A stretch of DNA of 62,945 nucleotides, filler included, from Candidatus Tectimicrobiota bacterium (GCA_016193065.1; 6 parts of 6 records of this genome joined end to end with filler, not necessarily neighbours in it), one strand, 5' to 3'; shown: positions 27,020 to 37,026, counted from the first letter of the whole stretch. The notes: generated from the sequence alone by a model not told the origin. A program made the numbers and translations.

Positions 27020-27709
27020 TTAACGCCGGGGACGAGGCGACTGCTGAGGCCCCAGGAGCCTCTGCACGATTTCGTTTTCCCGGCGCGCCTTGTCTCCCTG
27101 TCCCAGCCGGGAATAAATCTGAGCCAGGCCGCTGTGGGCAGCCACCAAGTTCGGATTGATCTCCAAGGCCTTCTCGAGAGCCTGGATAGCCTCCTTCCAT
27201 TGCTGCTGCCTCATGAGAGCCGAGCCCAGGTTGAGCTGGGCCTCGGCGTAGCGCGGGTTGAGGCGCAGGGCCTGCCGGTACTCGCTAATCGCTCCCTTGA
27301 ACTGGGCCTTAGCCCCGTAAGCGGCGCCCAGGTTGTTATGAGCTTCAGCGTTCGAGGGATCGAGTCGCAGAGCCTGCTTATTGGCCTCGATGGCCTCGTC
27401 GTACATCCCCCTCATGGCATAAACGACCCCCAGATTGTAGTGAGCCCGGCTGTTCTTGGGGTCAACGGCGATGATCTCTTGGAGCTCCCGGACCGCCTCG
27501 TCCAAAAACCCGGCCTGGCCGTAGCCGATGGCCAAGCGCAGCCGTCTCTCCAGATAATTGGGGTCCGTTTGCAGGACCTGGGGACGGTTTGGAGACCCGC
27601 CGCTGACCAGGACGACCGGAGCGCCGCTGGTAAATGCACGGATCACCAACAGCCACAGGGCCAGGGCAATGGCTCCCAAGAGAATCTTTCCGGTAAGATC
27701 AAAGGTCAT
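27020..27709 (-). CDS. Tetratricopeptide repeat protein
   Basis: N-terminal TM; AHYNLG/AHNNLG/AQLNLG TPR units. Confidence 0.85.
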   Translation of the reverse strand: MTFDLTGKILLGAIALALWLLVIRAFTSGAPVVLVSGGSPNRPQVLQTDPNYLERRLRLAIGYGQAGFLDEAVRELQEIIAVDPKNSRAHYNLGVVYAMRGMYDEAIEANKQALRLDPSNAEAHNNLGAAYGAKAQFKGAISEYRQALRLNPRYAEAQLNLGSALMRQQQWKEAIQALEKALEINPNLVAAHSGLAQIYSRLGQGDKARRENEIVQRLLGPQQSPRPRR

Positions 27710-27967
27710 GACCCGGAGATGGTGAGAAGATTCTCCTCCTCTGAACCTTTCTTTTGCTTTCTGCAACTGAATCAAAACGGAATGAACCAGCGGAGCCATT
27801 TTCACGACCTTTTTCCCTTGGAAGCAATTCAACTGAATCGAATTGCGGCCTTATCGTGCGTAGCGGCGGCGGAATTGTCAAGCGGAAAACCCCGCCGCCG
27901 CACCCCCTTACCCCGGTTGGAAGCAAACGGGCCACGTAAGGATCCCCAGGGCGAGGAACCATTCCTC

Positions 27968-27996
27968 TTGACATCGCCGGTTGCAGCCCGTACATT
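27968..27996 (+). promoter_or_regulatory. sigma70 promoter of dksA-like gene
   Basis: TTGACA-N17-TACATT. Confidence 0.6.
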
Positions 27997-28050
27997 ATGT
28001 TTCATTTTAGAGGGGCTTGCAGCTTGCATTCTGCGCTGCAAGTGACAACG

Positions 28051-28407
28051 ATGGACGAAACAACAATCACCTTCTTCCGCGACCTCCTGCTGAAAAAGAA
28101 GCAGGGTCTGCAAAACGGTTCCCTCCAGGAGGGAATTCAAGTCGTCAAAGAGGACCTCCCCGATACGGTCGACCGCTCGGCTCTCGAGAGCGATCGCAAT
28201 TTCGTCCTCCGTCTCAAGGACCGCGAGCGCAAGCTTCTCAAGAAGATCGACGAGGCCCTCGAGCGCATCGAGAGCGGTGAGTTCGGAACCTGCGATGCCT
28301 GCGGAGAGGAGATCGGGGTCGAGCGACTCAAGGTCCGTCCGGAAGCCACGCTCTGTATTGCCTGCAAGGAAGAGCAGGAGAGACGCGAAAAACTCCAACC
28401 GAGTTAG
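28051..28407 (+). CDS. dksA: DksA/TraR family zinc-finger protein
   Basis: PDTVDRS coiled-coil tip, DRERKLLKKIDEAL, CDAC...CIAC. Confidence 0.85.
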   Translation: MDETTITFFRDLLLKKKQGLQNGSLQEGIQVVKEDLPDTVDRSALESDRNFVLRLKDRERKLLKKIDEALERIESGEFGTCDACGEEIGVERLKVRPEATLCIACKEEQERREKLQPS

Positions 28408-29159
28408 TTCCCCGGCAAGCCGAGAGCCCCCAGGATCTCCTTCTGGAGCGCAATCAGCCTGGGATCATCAATCTGCCGCACCCGAGGGATATCTACCGGG
28501 ACTGTCTTCATAATCGTGGCCGGCCTGGTGCCGAACAGGTGCACGCGATCCGCCAAGTACACGGCCTCCAAAGCATTATGAGTCACAAAGAGAACCGTCC
28601 TGCGGTCTTCACGCCAGATGCGCAGAAGCTCCTGGCGCATCGTGCGGGCTGTGAGTTCGTCCAGATGGCTGAAAGGCTCATCCATCAGGAGAATATCCGG
28701 ATCGATGACCAGAGCCCGGGCAATGGCAACCCGCTGCTGCATCCCTCCTGACAGGGACAGAGGGTATTCTTCCACGAACTGCTCAAGCCCCACCAGCCTC
28801 ACGTAACGGTTCACCCGGTCGGCCCACTGCGAGCGCGGGATTTGCCTGGCCTCCATGGCGAAGTGGAGGTTTTCCCGCACGGTACGCCAGTTGAGAAGCC
28901 GGCTCTTTTGAAAAACATAGCCTGTCCTCACAGGCGAGACCTCCAGGCTCTTCCCCCCCACGGTGACCTTGCCCCCATCGGTCGTCATCAATCCCGCCAG
29001 GATGTTCAAGACCGTGGATTTTCCGCACCCCGACGGCCCCAGGAGGCAGCAAAACTCCCTCTCTTCCACGGAGAAGCTGACTCCCCCCAGGACGGGAAGC
29101 GGCGTGCCGTTCTGCAGCCGGAAGGTCTTGTGAAGATCCTCAATCACCAAAAAGGACAT
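28404..29159 (-). CDS. NitT/TauT family ABC transporter ATP-binding protein
   Basis: GPSGCGKS, LSGGMQQR, LMDEPF. Confidence 0.92.
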   Translation of the reverse strand: MSFLVIEDLHKTFRLQNGTPLPVLGGVSFSVEEREFCCLLGPSGCGKSTVLNILAGLMTTDGGKVTVGGKSLEVSPVRTGYVFQKSRLLNWRTVRENLHFAMEARQIPRSQWADRVNRYVRLVGLEQFVEEYPLSLSGGMQQRVAIARALVIDPDILLMDEPFSHLDELTARTMRQELLRIWREDRRTVLFVTHNALEAVYLADRVHLFGTRPATIMKTVPVDIPRVRQIDDPRLIALQKEILGALGLPGN

Positions 29160-29180
29160 CGCCTGCTTTTCCCCGAGGGA

Positions 29181-29945
29181 TCACATGAGGGTTACTGCGG
29201 GCCGCCATTTGGTAGCCCGCTTTTCAATGAGCTTTACGATGCCGAACTCCAGAAGAATCATCACCAGAGTGAAGGACAGCGTCCAGGCCAGCACCCCTTC
29301 CATGTCAAAGAGGCCAAAGGAATGATTGATCATGAAGCCCACTCCGTTGCTCAGGCCCAGCATTTCCGCCACCACGACCACTTTCCAGGCCAGGGCAAAG
29401 CCGAAGCGGGTCGCTGCAAAAAGGTAGGGGACCAATTGGGGAATGACCACGTGGCGAATGACCATCTTCCGGCTGGCCTTGAAAGCATGTCCCATCTCGA
29501 TGAGCTCTCTGTCCAGGGCCTTGGTCCCCTCCCACATGTTCACGGCAATCATGGGCAGGATGATGATGAAGATGGAGAAGATGGCCGAGAAATCGCGAAT
29601 CCCAAACCACATGAGGGAGATGATGGCCCAGGCCAGGCCGGGGATGGTCAGTCCCACAAGAACTTCGACCTCAAAGAAGTGTTCCGCCAGCCGGCTAAAT
29701 CCCATAACCATGCCAATCAGGCTTCCAATCACGAAAGCCCACAAAAACCCCAGGATGACCCGCAGGAGGGTTTTGTACATGTGAAACAGAAACTCGCCGG
29801 TAAAGAGCAGAGCAGCCACTTTCTTCAGGACAATTTCCGGCCCCGGGATAAAGCTCGGGGGGAAAAACAGGGAAATAATCCACCAGACCACAAGAATCGC
29901 CAGGAGAGAGAGGCCCCGGATCAGGTTTGCTGACGATCTGTTCAT
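29181..29945 (-). CDS. NitT/TauT family ABC transporter permease
   Basis: 6 TM; WKVVVVAEMLG...GVG. Confidence 0.9.
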   Translation of the reverse strand: MNRSSANLIRGLSLLAILVVWWIISLFFPPSFIPGPEIVLKKVAALLFTGEFLFHMYKTLLRVILGFLWAFVIGSLIGMVMGFSRLAEHFFEVEVLVGLTIPGLAWAIISLMWFGIRDFSAIFSIFIIILPMIAVNMWEGTKALDRELIEMGHAFKASRKMVIRHVVIPQLVPYLFAATRFGFALAWKVVVVAEMLGLSNGVGFMINHSFGLFDMEGVLAWTLSFTLVMILLEFGIVKLIEKRATKWRPAVTLM

Positions 29946-30038
29946 CAGTTTCTTGCGGCCTCCGGGCGCCGAAATCCCACGGGCCCCCGCCCGCGCCGAA
30001 GCGGAGTGCCGGGGGCCCGCCGTATACAGGCGCTCAGC

Positions 30039-31010
30039 CTAATCCACACTGCGCAAAAATTCATCCTTGGGCATTTGTTCCAGGATCTTCATCTCCACAT
30101 TCTTCTGGATTAACAACTTCGTGTTCTCCAGAAGCTTTGGAGCCCAGCCCTCTATAAAGATCCCCGGCATACGGGAAGTGACCAGTTTCATTTCCTCAGG
30201 CGTTTTGACTCCCAGGAAATCGTTTTGCTCCTCTATGATTTTAGCAGGGTTTGTCTTGAGCATGCGCACCCCCTCGGTAAATGCCCGCCCCAATCCCCTA
30301 GCGGCTTCCAGGTTTTTATCAATCCATCCCTTGTGTGCGGCGATACCGATAATCAGCAAGGGCTGCCCCGTTTCGCTGCGCCAGAGGTCGTTAAAGGTGG
30401 CGGTTTCCCGGGCCTGGTTGGCGGCGATCAGCTTGGAGGTGTTCGCATCAAACTGGCCGATGGCATCCACGTCCTTGCGAAGGAGAAACGCGTTCAAGGC
30501 CTGAGGTGTGCCAAAGGTCAGCTTATAATCTTTCTCCACGTCGCCTCCCCGCATCTTCACAATCGTGGCAAAGGAGGTGTACATGGCCGAGACCCGGGCC
30601 AGCAAGCCCAGCTTCTTCCCCTTCAGGTCATCCACGGTTCGCAGCGGCGATTCGGGGGGGACGAGAATTGAAAAGTGGCTCAGCATGATCGGGTGGAAAA
30701 TTTGGACCTTTTGCCCTTTCAGATTGGCCCGGGCTGCCGAAACGGGGGCAAAAATCCCCGCATCGACCGTTTTAAAGAAGACGGCCTCCTCTCCCTTGGC
30801 CGGATCGAAGTACTTGAAGTCGATGGCAAGCCCGTGCTTCTTGTCGAGCCCGCGACCGTCGATGATCTTGCTGATGAGCCCCGCCGCTGCCCCAGCGCTA
30901 GTGGTCGAAACCGTCACCTTCTTTAAGTCCTGGGCCCAAGTGCTTCCAGCAAAAAGCACAAAGGCAACCAAGGTGCAAAAGGCCCCTGCGATCCTGCGAT
31001 CTCGATCCAT
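30039..31010 (-). CDS. NitT/TauT family ABC substrate-binding protein
   Basis: Signal peptide; DDLKGKKLG; operon position. Confidence 0.85.
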   Translation of the reverse strand: MDRDRRIAGAFCTLVAFVLFAGSTWAQDLKKVTVSTTSAGAAAGLISKIIDGRGLDKKHGLAIDFKYFDPAKGEEAVFFKTVDAGIFAPVSAARANLKGQKVQIFHPIMLSHFSILVPPESPLRTVDDLKGKKLGLLARVSAMYTSFATIVKMRGGDVEKDYKLTFGTPQALNAFLLRKDVDAIGQFDANTSKLIAANQARETATFNDLWRSETGQPLLIIGIAAHKGWIDKNLEAARGLGRAFTEGVRMLKTNPAKIIEEQNDFLGVKTPEEMKLVTSRMPGIFIEGWAPKLLENTKLLIQKNVEMKILEQMPKDEFLRSVD

Positions 31011-31414
31011 GGTTGCTCCCCCTTGTCGCGATGATTTCCCGGGAAATAAGAGTTTCAAAAATCTACCAAAACCCCTCCCATCTGTCAATTCCTCCTCGGC
31101 TTCTTGAAGCTGGCGCGACAGAGGGCACCCACCTGCCTGCCGCGGCGCAGGCAGGCGCAGGGGTGCCCCTACGCGGTAGTCTTCAGTCCGAGGGGGTAGC
31201 TCCCGTAGGCGATCTAAGCGGTTGCGAGGAAGAGAACTCTCAATCCGGCCGACACAACTCACGTCGCAAGCGCTTCGTGAGCCCAAGGGAGCTCCCCCGA
31301 GGAACTGATGAGGGAGGGCAGCAATTCCTCGCTAGAAAAAGGGGATGGGCAAGCGGCAGAGTCCCTTGTAATTCTCCAGCACCCGTGGTAAACAGGGGCA
31401 GGAGGATTTGGGTC

Positions 31415-31723
31415 ATGGGAAAACATCAAGCCACAACGATCGAGGTGATCTGCCCTTGCTGCCAGGCGAAGCTGACCATCGATCCCTCACTGAAGGCTGT
31501 CCTCAGCCATGAGCCGCCTCCCAAAGCCAGCGCCGTTACCGACCTAACCGAGGCGGTGCAAGCCCTCAAGGGGAAAGCGAGCGAGCGCGAAGCCCGCTTC
31601 CTGCAATCCGTCGAAGCGGAAAAGGGAAAGGGGAAAGTCTTGGAGCGCAAGTTCCAGGAAGCCTTCAAGAAGGCCAAGGATGAGCCCATTACCCGCACCC
31701 CCAGGCCCTTCGACCTTGACTGA
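31415..31723 (+). CDS. Hypothetical protein with CPCC Zn-ribbon-like motif
   Basis: RBS AGGAGG; IEVICPCCQAKLTID followed by a charged helix, ends PFDLD. Confidence 0.75.
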   Translation: MGKHQATTIEVICPCCQAKLTIDPSLKAVLSHEPPPKASAVTDLTEAVQALKGKASEREARFLQSVEAEKGKGKVLERKFQEAFKKAKDEPITRTPRPFDLD

Positions 31724-31777
31724 TCCGGCGCGTGGCCCCGCGGCGGGCGCGGCCGCAATCCTCTAGCCTCGCTGTCC

Positions 31778-32395
31778 GTGTCTGATCCTCTGCTGGGACC
31801 TCTTCTCAAAGGGGTGAGCCGGTCATTTTTCCTGACCCTGTGGGTTCTCCCGCCAGATCTAAAAGAACCCATGGGGCTCGCTTACCTGCTGGCCCGGGCC
31901 GCTGACACTCTCGCAGACCTGCCCTCTGTGAACCTCCCGGATCGCCTGCTGGCCCTGGACTATTTTCGCAGACGGCTGCGGGAGAAGGACAGCCCTCTGT
32001 TCAAGTACATTGCGGACGCTTGCCGGGCAGGAGATGCCGGATCCAGCGAGATCATTCTCCTGCGCCGGCTCAGCGACTGCTTGCAACGCTACGATGGTCT
32101 GGAGAACGGCGACCGGGAAAAGGTGAGCCGCCTCTTAATGACCCTCACTCAAGGGATGATGACCGATCTTACCGTCTTCCACGGAGAGAACCCGAGGCCC
32201 GTTGTGGCTTTGAAAACGCGCCGGGACCTCGAGAGCTACACCTATTCCGTGGCCGGCTGCGTGGGGAAGTTTTGGACCGAGATGGTCATGGCCCACCGTC
32301 CCTCCTGTTCTCACTGGGACCCGGAAGCCATGCCCCAAATGGGAATCCGCTTCGGCCAGGGACTCCAGATGACGAACATCCTGCGGGATCTCCCC
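31778..32395 (+). CDS. Squalene/phytoene synthase family protein (3' truncated)
   Basis: VSRSF, YLLARAADTLAD, YSVAGCVG, GLQMTNILRD. Confidence 0.88.
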
Positions 32396-32495
32396 NNNNN
32401 NNNNNNNNNNNNNNNNNNNNNNNNNNNNNNNNNNNNNNNTTAATTAATTAANNNNNNNNNNNNNNNNNNNNNNNNNNNNNNNNNNNNNNNNNNNN

Positions 32496-33002
32496 AAAGC
32501 TGACGCCGGAGGTCATGAAAAAGCCGCCCGCGTCGAGAAGCCGAGTCGCGAGGAGTGCTCCGGCAATACCGGTCTCGGACAGGCCAAAGTCGACCAGCTC
32601 CAAGGGCGGCCCTGGGGCGCCGGCCTGAATTTCCGCCAAACAATCGGAAAGCACGGCATGACTGCCGCGATGGACGCACTCAACCCGGAAGAGAGAGAAG
32701 CGCCCAGTCCTCATGACACGGAGGCGGCGGCGTTCATCGTCTGTCAGTGCGGAGTCACCGATCTGTCCCTCAAAGTGATCGAGTGTATTCTTCCCCGCCC
32801 ATCTCTTGTCGTAGATGATCCGCTCCATGAGAACGTCCGTGTCGCCCTCCTCCCCGACGAGCACCCCCTTCTTCCAAAGACGCAGCTCCCGGGCAGTCGC
32901 AATCAGAACGCTCTTGGGAATTACCTCGAGGATTCTCACATATAATTTCTTCCCGGCCTCGCGAAGGGACCGGTACGTTCGGATTTCGCTGGTGCCGATC
33001 AT
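32496..33002 (-). CDS. Hypothetical protein (3' truncated)
   Basis: RBS, open to contig end, co-directional with SEC-C gene. Confidence 0.6.
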
Positions 33003-33069
33003 CGGTGTCTCGTTCTCCTTCCATCAGATTCGATCGCGTCGAAGAGGGGTTGTCTGGATCGGACGATTT

Positions 33070-34341
33070 TCATGGCCGCTCCGCATCTCGCTTCAGGCAG
33101 CAGCGCTTGTACTTCCGGCCGGAGCCGCAGGGGCAGGGGTCGTTGCGCCCCACCTTCGGGCCGCGTGCGGCGGGCCGGCGGGCCGGCGTGAGAAGCCCAT
33201 CCGGGTCGCCGAAGCGGTCGGCCAGCCGCGCCGCCTCTGCCAGCAGGCGGGCTCTGGCCGGTCCCACTGCCTCGACACCCTGCTCGATGAGCCACTCGCA
33301 GGTCCGGCGGCACATGTGAAGCTCGTCCAGTTCCTCCTGCCAACGCGCCCGGGCGGTCGGAGTCAGCGGTTCGCCCTTCTCCCATTGCTCCCACTCCCGG
33401 TCATCCAGCTCCTCGAACAGGTCAAAGAGATCCTCCAGGCCGTCTTCCCGGGCGCCTTTCAGGAAGCTGAGCTGATACATGGTGATGCCGAGCGCGGTCT
33501 CCGGGCAGACCGGAAGACCGCTGGGACTCTCGATGGGCGCGCCGCACTCCTCGCAGGTCTCGGAAGATTCATCGGGCTCGGGCTGCTCCTTGACGATCTC
33601 TTCCAGGGACCGGGGCGGGAAGGTAGCCCGCTCGGGCATCGGTTCCTCGGTCCCCCGAATCGCGGCGCAAATTCCAACCCACCCCAGCGCGAAATCGCCC
33701 AAGCTGGGCAGAATACGGTAGCGCAGCCGCCAGTCCCGGGTCCAGATCGGAGTCTCAGACCGGCCCCAGTGAAGCTCCCGGAGGACGTCCTCGAACTCGA
33801 TCCGCTGCCAGGGCTCGCAGGCTCGATACGCCTCGTAGAGGCATGGGATCGCTTCGGGCCGTCCCTGATCGCTCAGGGCCAGGGCCAAGACCTCTCCCAG
33901 ATCGCGGTCGCGGCCAAGGGCATCGAGCAGAGCGGCGTAGGCCCGGTCGTCCCGGATCCAGCCCAGGCCACCGTAGGCGTAGAGGCGGAGAAGCGGATCG
34001 GGCGCAGTGGCGACCTCGATCAGAGCGGGGACCGCCGGGGCGCCGATCTTGGCCAAAGCTTCGGTCGCCGCCAAGGCCAGGGAGTCGAGATCGGTCCGGC
34101 GCATCTGGGCAATCAGCGGGGCTACGGCGGACGGATGCCTGAGTTCTCCCAGGAGGACAGCAGGCCAGAGGAGATCGCGCTCCTGATCGTCCTGGAAGCG
34201 CGCCAGCGCCTCGATCAGGGCGGGGACCGCGGGCTCCCCCATAGCCAGCACCTGCTCCATGGCGCGGACCGGCATCCCGACCGGCCAGGTGGTGATCTCT
34301 TCAATCAGGTCATCGAGGGAACGTGCCAGGGGCTCCGTCAT
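33070..34341 (-). CDS. HEAT-repeat protein with C-terminal SEC-C motif
   Basis: AVPALIEAL repeats; KVGRNDPCPCGSGRKYKRCC. Confidence 0.85.
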   Translation of the reverse strand: MTEPLARSLDDLIEEITTWPVGMPVRAMEQVLAMGEPAVPALIEALARFQDDQERDLLWPAVLLGELRHPSAVAPLIAQMRRTDLDSLALAATEALAKIGAPAVPALIEVATAPDPLLRLYAYGGLGWIRDDRAYAALLDALGRDRDLGEVLALALSDQGRPEAIPCLYEAYRACEPWQRIEFEDVLRELHWGRSETPIWTRDWRLRYRILPSLGDFALGWVGICAAIRGTEEPMPERATFPPRSLEEIVKEQPEPDESSETCEECGAPIESPSGLPVCPETALGITMYQLSFLKGAREDGLEDLFDLFEELDDREWEQWEKGEPLTPTARARWQEELDELHMCRRTCEWLIEQGVEAVGPARARLLAEAARLADRFGDPDGLLTPARRPAARGPKVGRNDPCPCGSGRKYKRCCLKRDAERP

Positions 34342-34615
34342 GATGCCTCCGAATTCAGCGGGCGTTTATTTTCTAACAGGATGCTAAAAAAGTCCTTTTC
34401 GTGGTTCGACAAGCTCACCATGAACGATCAAGCACCAGCGCTGACGGGTGGTTCACCCTCACCCTTCCCCTCTCCCTCAAGGGAGAGGGGGTTCCTGTTT
34501 CCTGTTGACGGATGCGGGAAAGGCTTGCCAGCGGCCTGTTGGTTCCGTGGATAGCGCAGTGGCATTGCAGATTTTCCTTGAAATTCCGCAAAGGCAATGC
34601 CAGATTTCGAGCAGC

Positions 34616-34801
34616 ATGAGGCTGCATCCCCGCCGACTTCTCCCGCTGCTTCAGGCGCGTCTGGCCCGCTGGCCGGTCGTGGTGCTGACCGGGGCACGCC
34701 AGACGGGAAAGACCACGCTCGTCCGCAACCTGCTTTCTACTTCGGAAGCACCCCCGTCCGTATACTTCTCCCTGCACGACCCCGACGAACGCTCGTGGTA
34801 G
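34616..34801 (+). pseudogene. AAA_14-type ATPase N-terminal fragment
   Basis: VVVLTGARQTGKTTLV Walker A, then premature stop. Confidence 0.7.
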
Positions 34802-34859
34802 TGATTCGTCCATGCCTCTCCTTACAGGGTCAGGATGTAGTTCAGTTCTTCCGTGACAC

Positions 34860-34993
34860 CAAGTCGCTCGCGGTCTTCCCCAGACGGCCAGGGCCCAGGC
34901 ACCAATCAGCACATAGGGCACCCGCTCGCGTCGGAAACAGTCCACCGAAAGCTTCAGGAGCGCAAGGAGACTAGCGCCGGAAAGAGCGGGCAC
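34860..34993 (-). pseudogene. Nucleotidyltransferase N-terminal fragment
   Basis: VPYVLIGAWALAVWGRPRAT, broken where the DxD motif should follow. Confidence 0.6.
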
Positions 34994-35264
34994 ATTCCTT
35001 CCTCCACGCGGATATCCATCGGGCTTCAGCGCGAGACAGGCCGGCCAGCAAGCGGCGTGTTTCCACCTCCACTCGCTTCTCATCCCCTCCCGCCCCGGTC
35101 TTCCTTCTTATTTCCTCCCGGAGCAAGCGGACCCCAACGGCTGAAAGGGCCGCACACTGTCTCAGCCCTTCCTCGGAAGTGCGCGGGAACTCCGCCCATT
35201 TCAATTCCTCTTTCACCTGACTGAGTCGCAGAAGCCACCGGGGGCCTCGATTCGGCCGTTTCAT
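34971..35264 (-). CDS. Hypothetical protein upstream of nucleotidyltransferase remnant
   Basis: 97-aa ORF with RBS overlapping the next start. Confidence 0.5.
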   Translation of the reverse strand: MKRPNRGPRWLLRLSQVKEELKWAEFPRTSEEGLRQCAALSAVGVRLLREEIRRKTGAGGDEKRVEVETRRLLAGLSRAEARWISAWRKECARSFRR

Positions 35265-35314
35265 GAGTTCTCCATTCCCTCCCTGCGCATTGCATCTTTC
35301 ACAAGACGCTCGCT

Positions 35315-36341
35315 TCATCCTGCCCCCCCACCCATCCCTTCCCCGCAACGGGGGGAGGGGAAGAAATTGAGGATCTCATACCATCCATTTCCCCACACGG
35401 CGTACTTCCCCACGTGCACGTGTTGCCCCAGGGTCAATAGAGGTAGAAACTCATCCAGGGTCCCTTCGTAGGTTCCCTCCNNNNNNNNNNNNNNNNNNNN
35501 NNNCGACAAACCCGGAAAGCTCATGCTCCAGATTCTGCTTGCGGGAGTAGCGGCTCCTCTCCTCCCAGTGAAAATCGGCCTGAGTGGAAATCACCTGCTC
35601 GGCCTTTTGACCAAATGCTTTGTGATCCATCTCCAGGGTTTCATCGCAATAGAAGTAGGCGAGGGAGTTCACCCGGTCGCGCAGGCGTTTGATGATCTGA
35701 TGGAACTCCGGCCGCTGGATGATTTGGCCATCGGCCTTGAGCACAGTAGGGGTCAAGAAACGGAGGGTGATTCGGGCGGGAGTTGACGAGGGAATCGAGG
35801 AGATAACCTCCTTATAACAAAACGAGGACGGCAGGTTCCGGACAAGCGCATCGCTCTCCCGGTAGATAATCCCGGCGGTCTGTTCCGAAAGATCCAGGCC
35901 GGAGATTTCCTGGAGGTCGAATCTTCCCTGCTTCGCCCCGATCCCAATGTTCCCCAGTTCACGGAAGGTCACGATGAAGTACGGGAGGTACTCGATGGCC
36001 TTTCCGATGAGGATGAGGTCGAAAGAAAAGGGGTGCTCCGGATCATATCGTGTCGCAGTTTCCAGAGGAGGTCGGATGATAAAAGGCCGGGGGATGTCCG
36101 CATTTTTCGAGAGGCGTTCGGCACCTTCCGGGGGAGCCGGTTCAAAAATCTGGCCGTAAGGGCAGCGGTCCTTGAGTCGGCAGGCCATCCCGCAGGCCCG
36201 AGGATCGACGCAGCTAAGACGCTTGAATACCGACCCGAAGGCGCCGCGCAGCGTGTTTCCCTTATTGTAAGCAGGCAGGAAGATCGGTTCCCTGGGAAGG
36301 AGATGAAAGCGGTACTGCGCCAGCCGAAAGCCTTTCAGCAT
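35315..36341 (-). CDS. cas6: CRISPR-associated RAMP endoribonuclease Cas6 (interrupted by N-gap 35481-35503)
   Basis: GNTLRGAFG, C..C....CPY, PRPFII, LRFLTP, and G-rich loop HVGKYAVWGNGWY after the gap. Confidence 0.85.
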
Positions 36342-36639
36342 GGGCCAGACCTCATACTGGTCGTCTGAGGAATGGAACCCCAAGGGTGCCGGGAGTCTCT
36401 TGCGCGAAGGATCAGCAAGAGTTTATTCGAAGCATCGAAAAAGATCAACCGAAACGTGCGGCAACTCATCCCACCCTCACCCTTGCCCTCTCCCTCAAGG
36501 GAGAGGGTACATAGGCTTTTGCCCTCTCCCTCCAGAAAGAGGGGAAAGAAAGGAGCCTTCTCCCGCCAGGAGAAGAGGAGCGTAAGATACAAGAGAAATT
36601 AGGGACCGGCCTTCTTTCTATTGGAAACCCGTGCTTGCG

Positions 36640-36672
36640 ACGTTAACAGACTGCTGTGACACCAGAGGTCAC
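36640..36672 (-). promoter_or_regulatory. Putative WYL-activated promoter, copy 3 (facing cas6)
   Basis: Minus strand GTGACC-TCTGG-TGTCAC-N10-TAACGT. Confidence 0.65.
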
Positions 36673-36688
36673 CGGGAAAAAGAAATAT

Positions 36689-36717
36689 TTGACAGAATTC
36701 TGTACACTATCTATGAT
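36689..36717 (+). promoter_or_regulatory. sigma70 promoter of second TA copy
   Basis: TTGACA-N17-TATGAT with TGTACA in the spacer. Confidence 0.7.
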
Positions 36718-36744
36718 TACTTTGAACATTGTATGGAGGTGCAT

Positions 36745-37026
36745 ATGCCCCTTTCTTCGAAGGATATCATTCCTCTCACTCGAGCCCGTGCTCAACTCAC
36801 CGAGCTGTGCGAGGAAGTTCGGCGGGACCACCGGGAGAAGATCATCACCAAGAACGGCGAGAGCTGTGCGGCTCTCATCGACCCGGAGCGGCTGGATCAT
36901 TATCATCGTCTCGAACGGGAGCACATCCACCTGATGCTCCTTGAGGAGGTCATTCACGGCCTCGAGGATCTGAAGGCCGGGAAAACGGTCTCTCTCCGAA
37001 AGCTGAAAGCACGGTATGCCCGCTAA
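36745..37026 (+). CDS. Phd/YefM family antitoxin (paralog of 1279-1560)
   Basis: Near-identical 93-aa protein. Confidence 0.85.
   Translation: MPLSSKDIIPLTRARAQLTELCEEVRRDHREKIITKNGESCAALIDPERLDHYHRLEREHIHLMLLEEVIHGLEDLKAGKTVSLRKLKARYAR

Noticed and set aside
31298-31340. CTGATGAG resembling a hammerhead ribozyme core
   Set aside because: The following stem is not directly followed by GAAA, and stems I/III could not be formed
35481-35503. Apparent frameshift in cas6
   Set aside because: Coincides with an estimated-length N-gap, so it is uninformative
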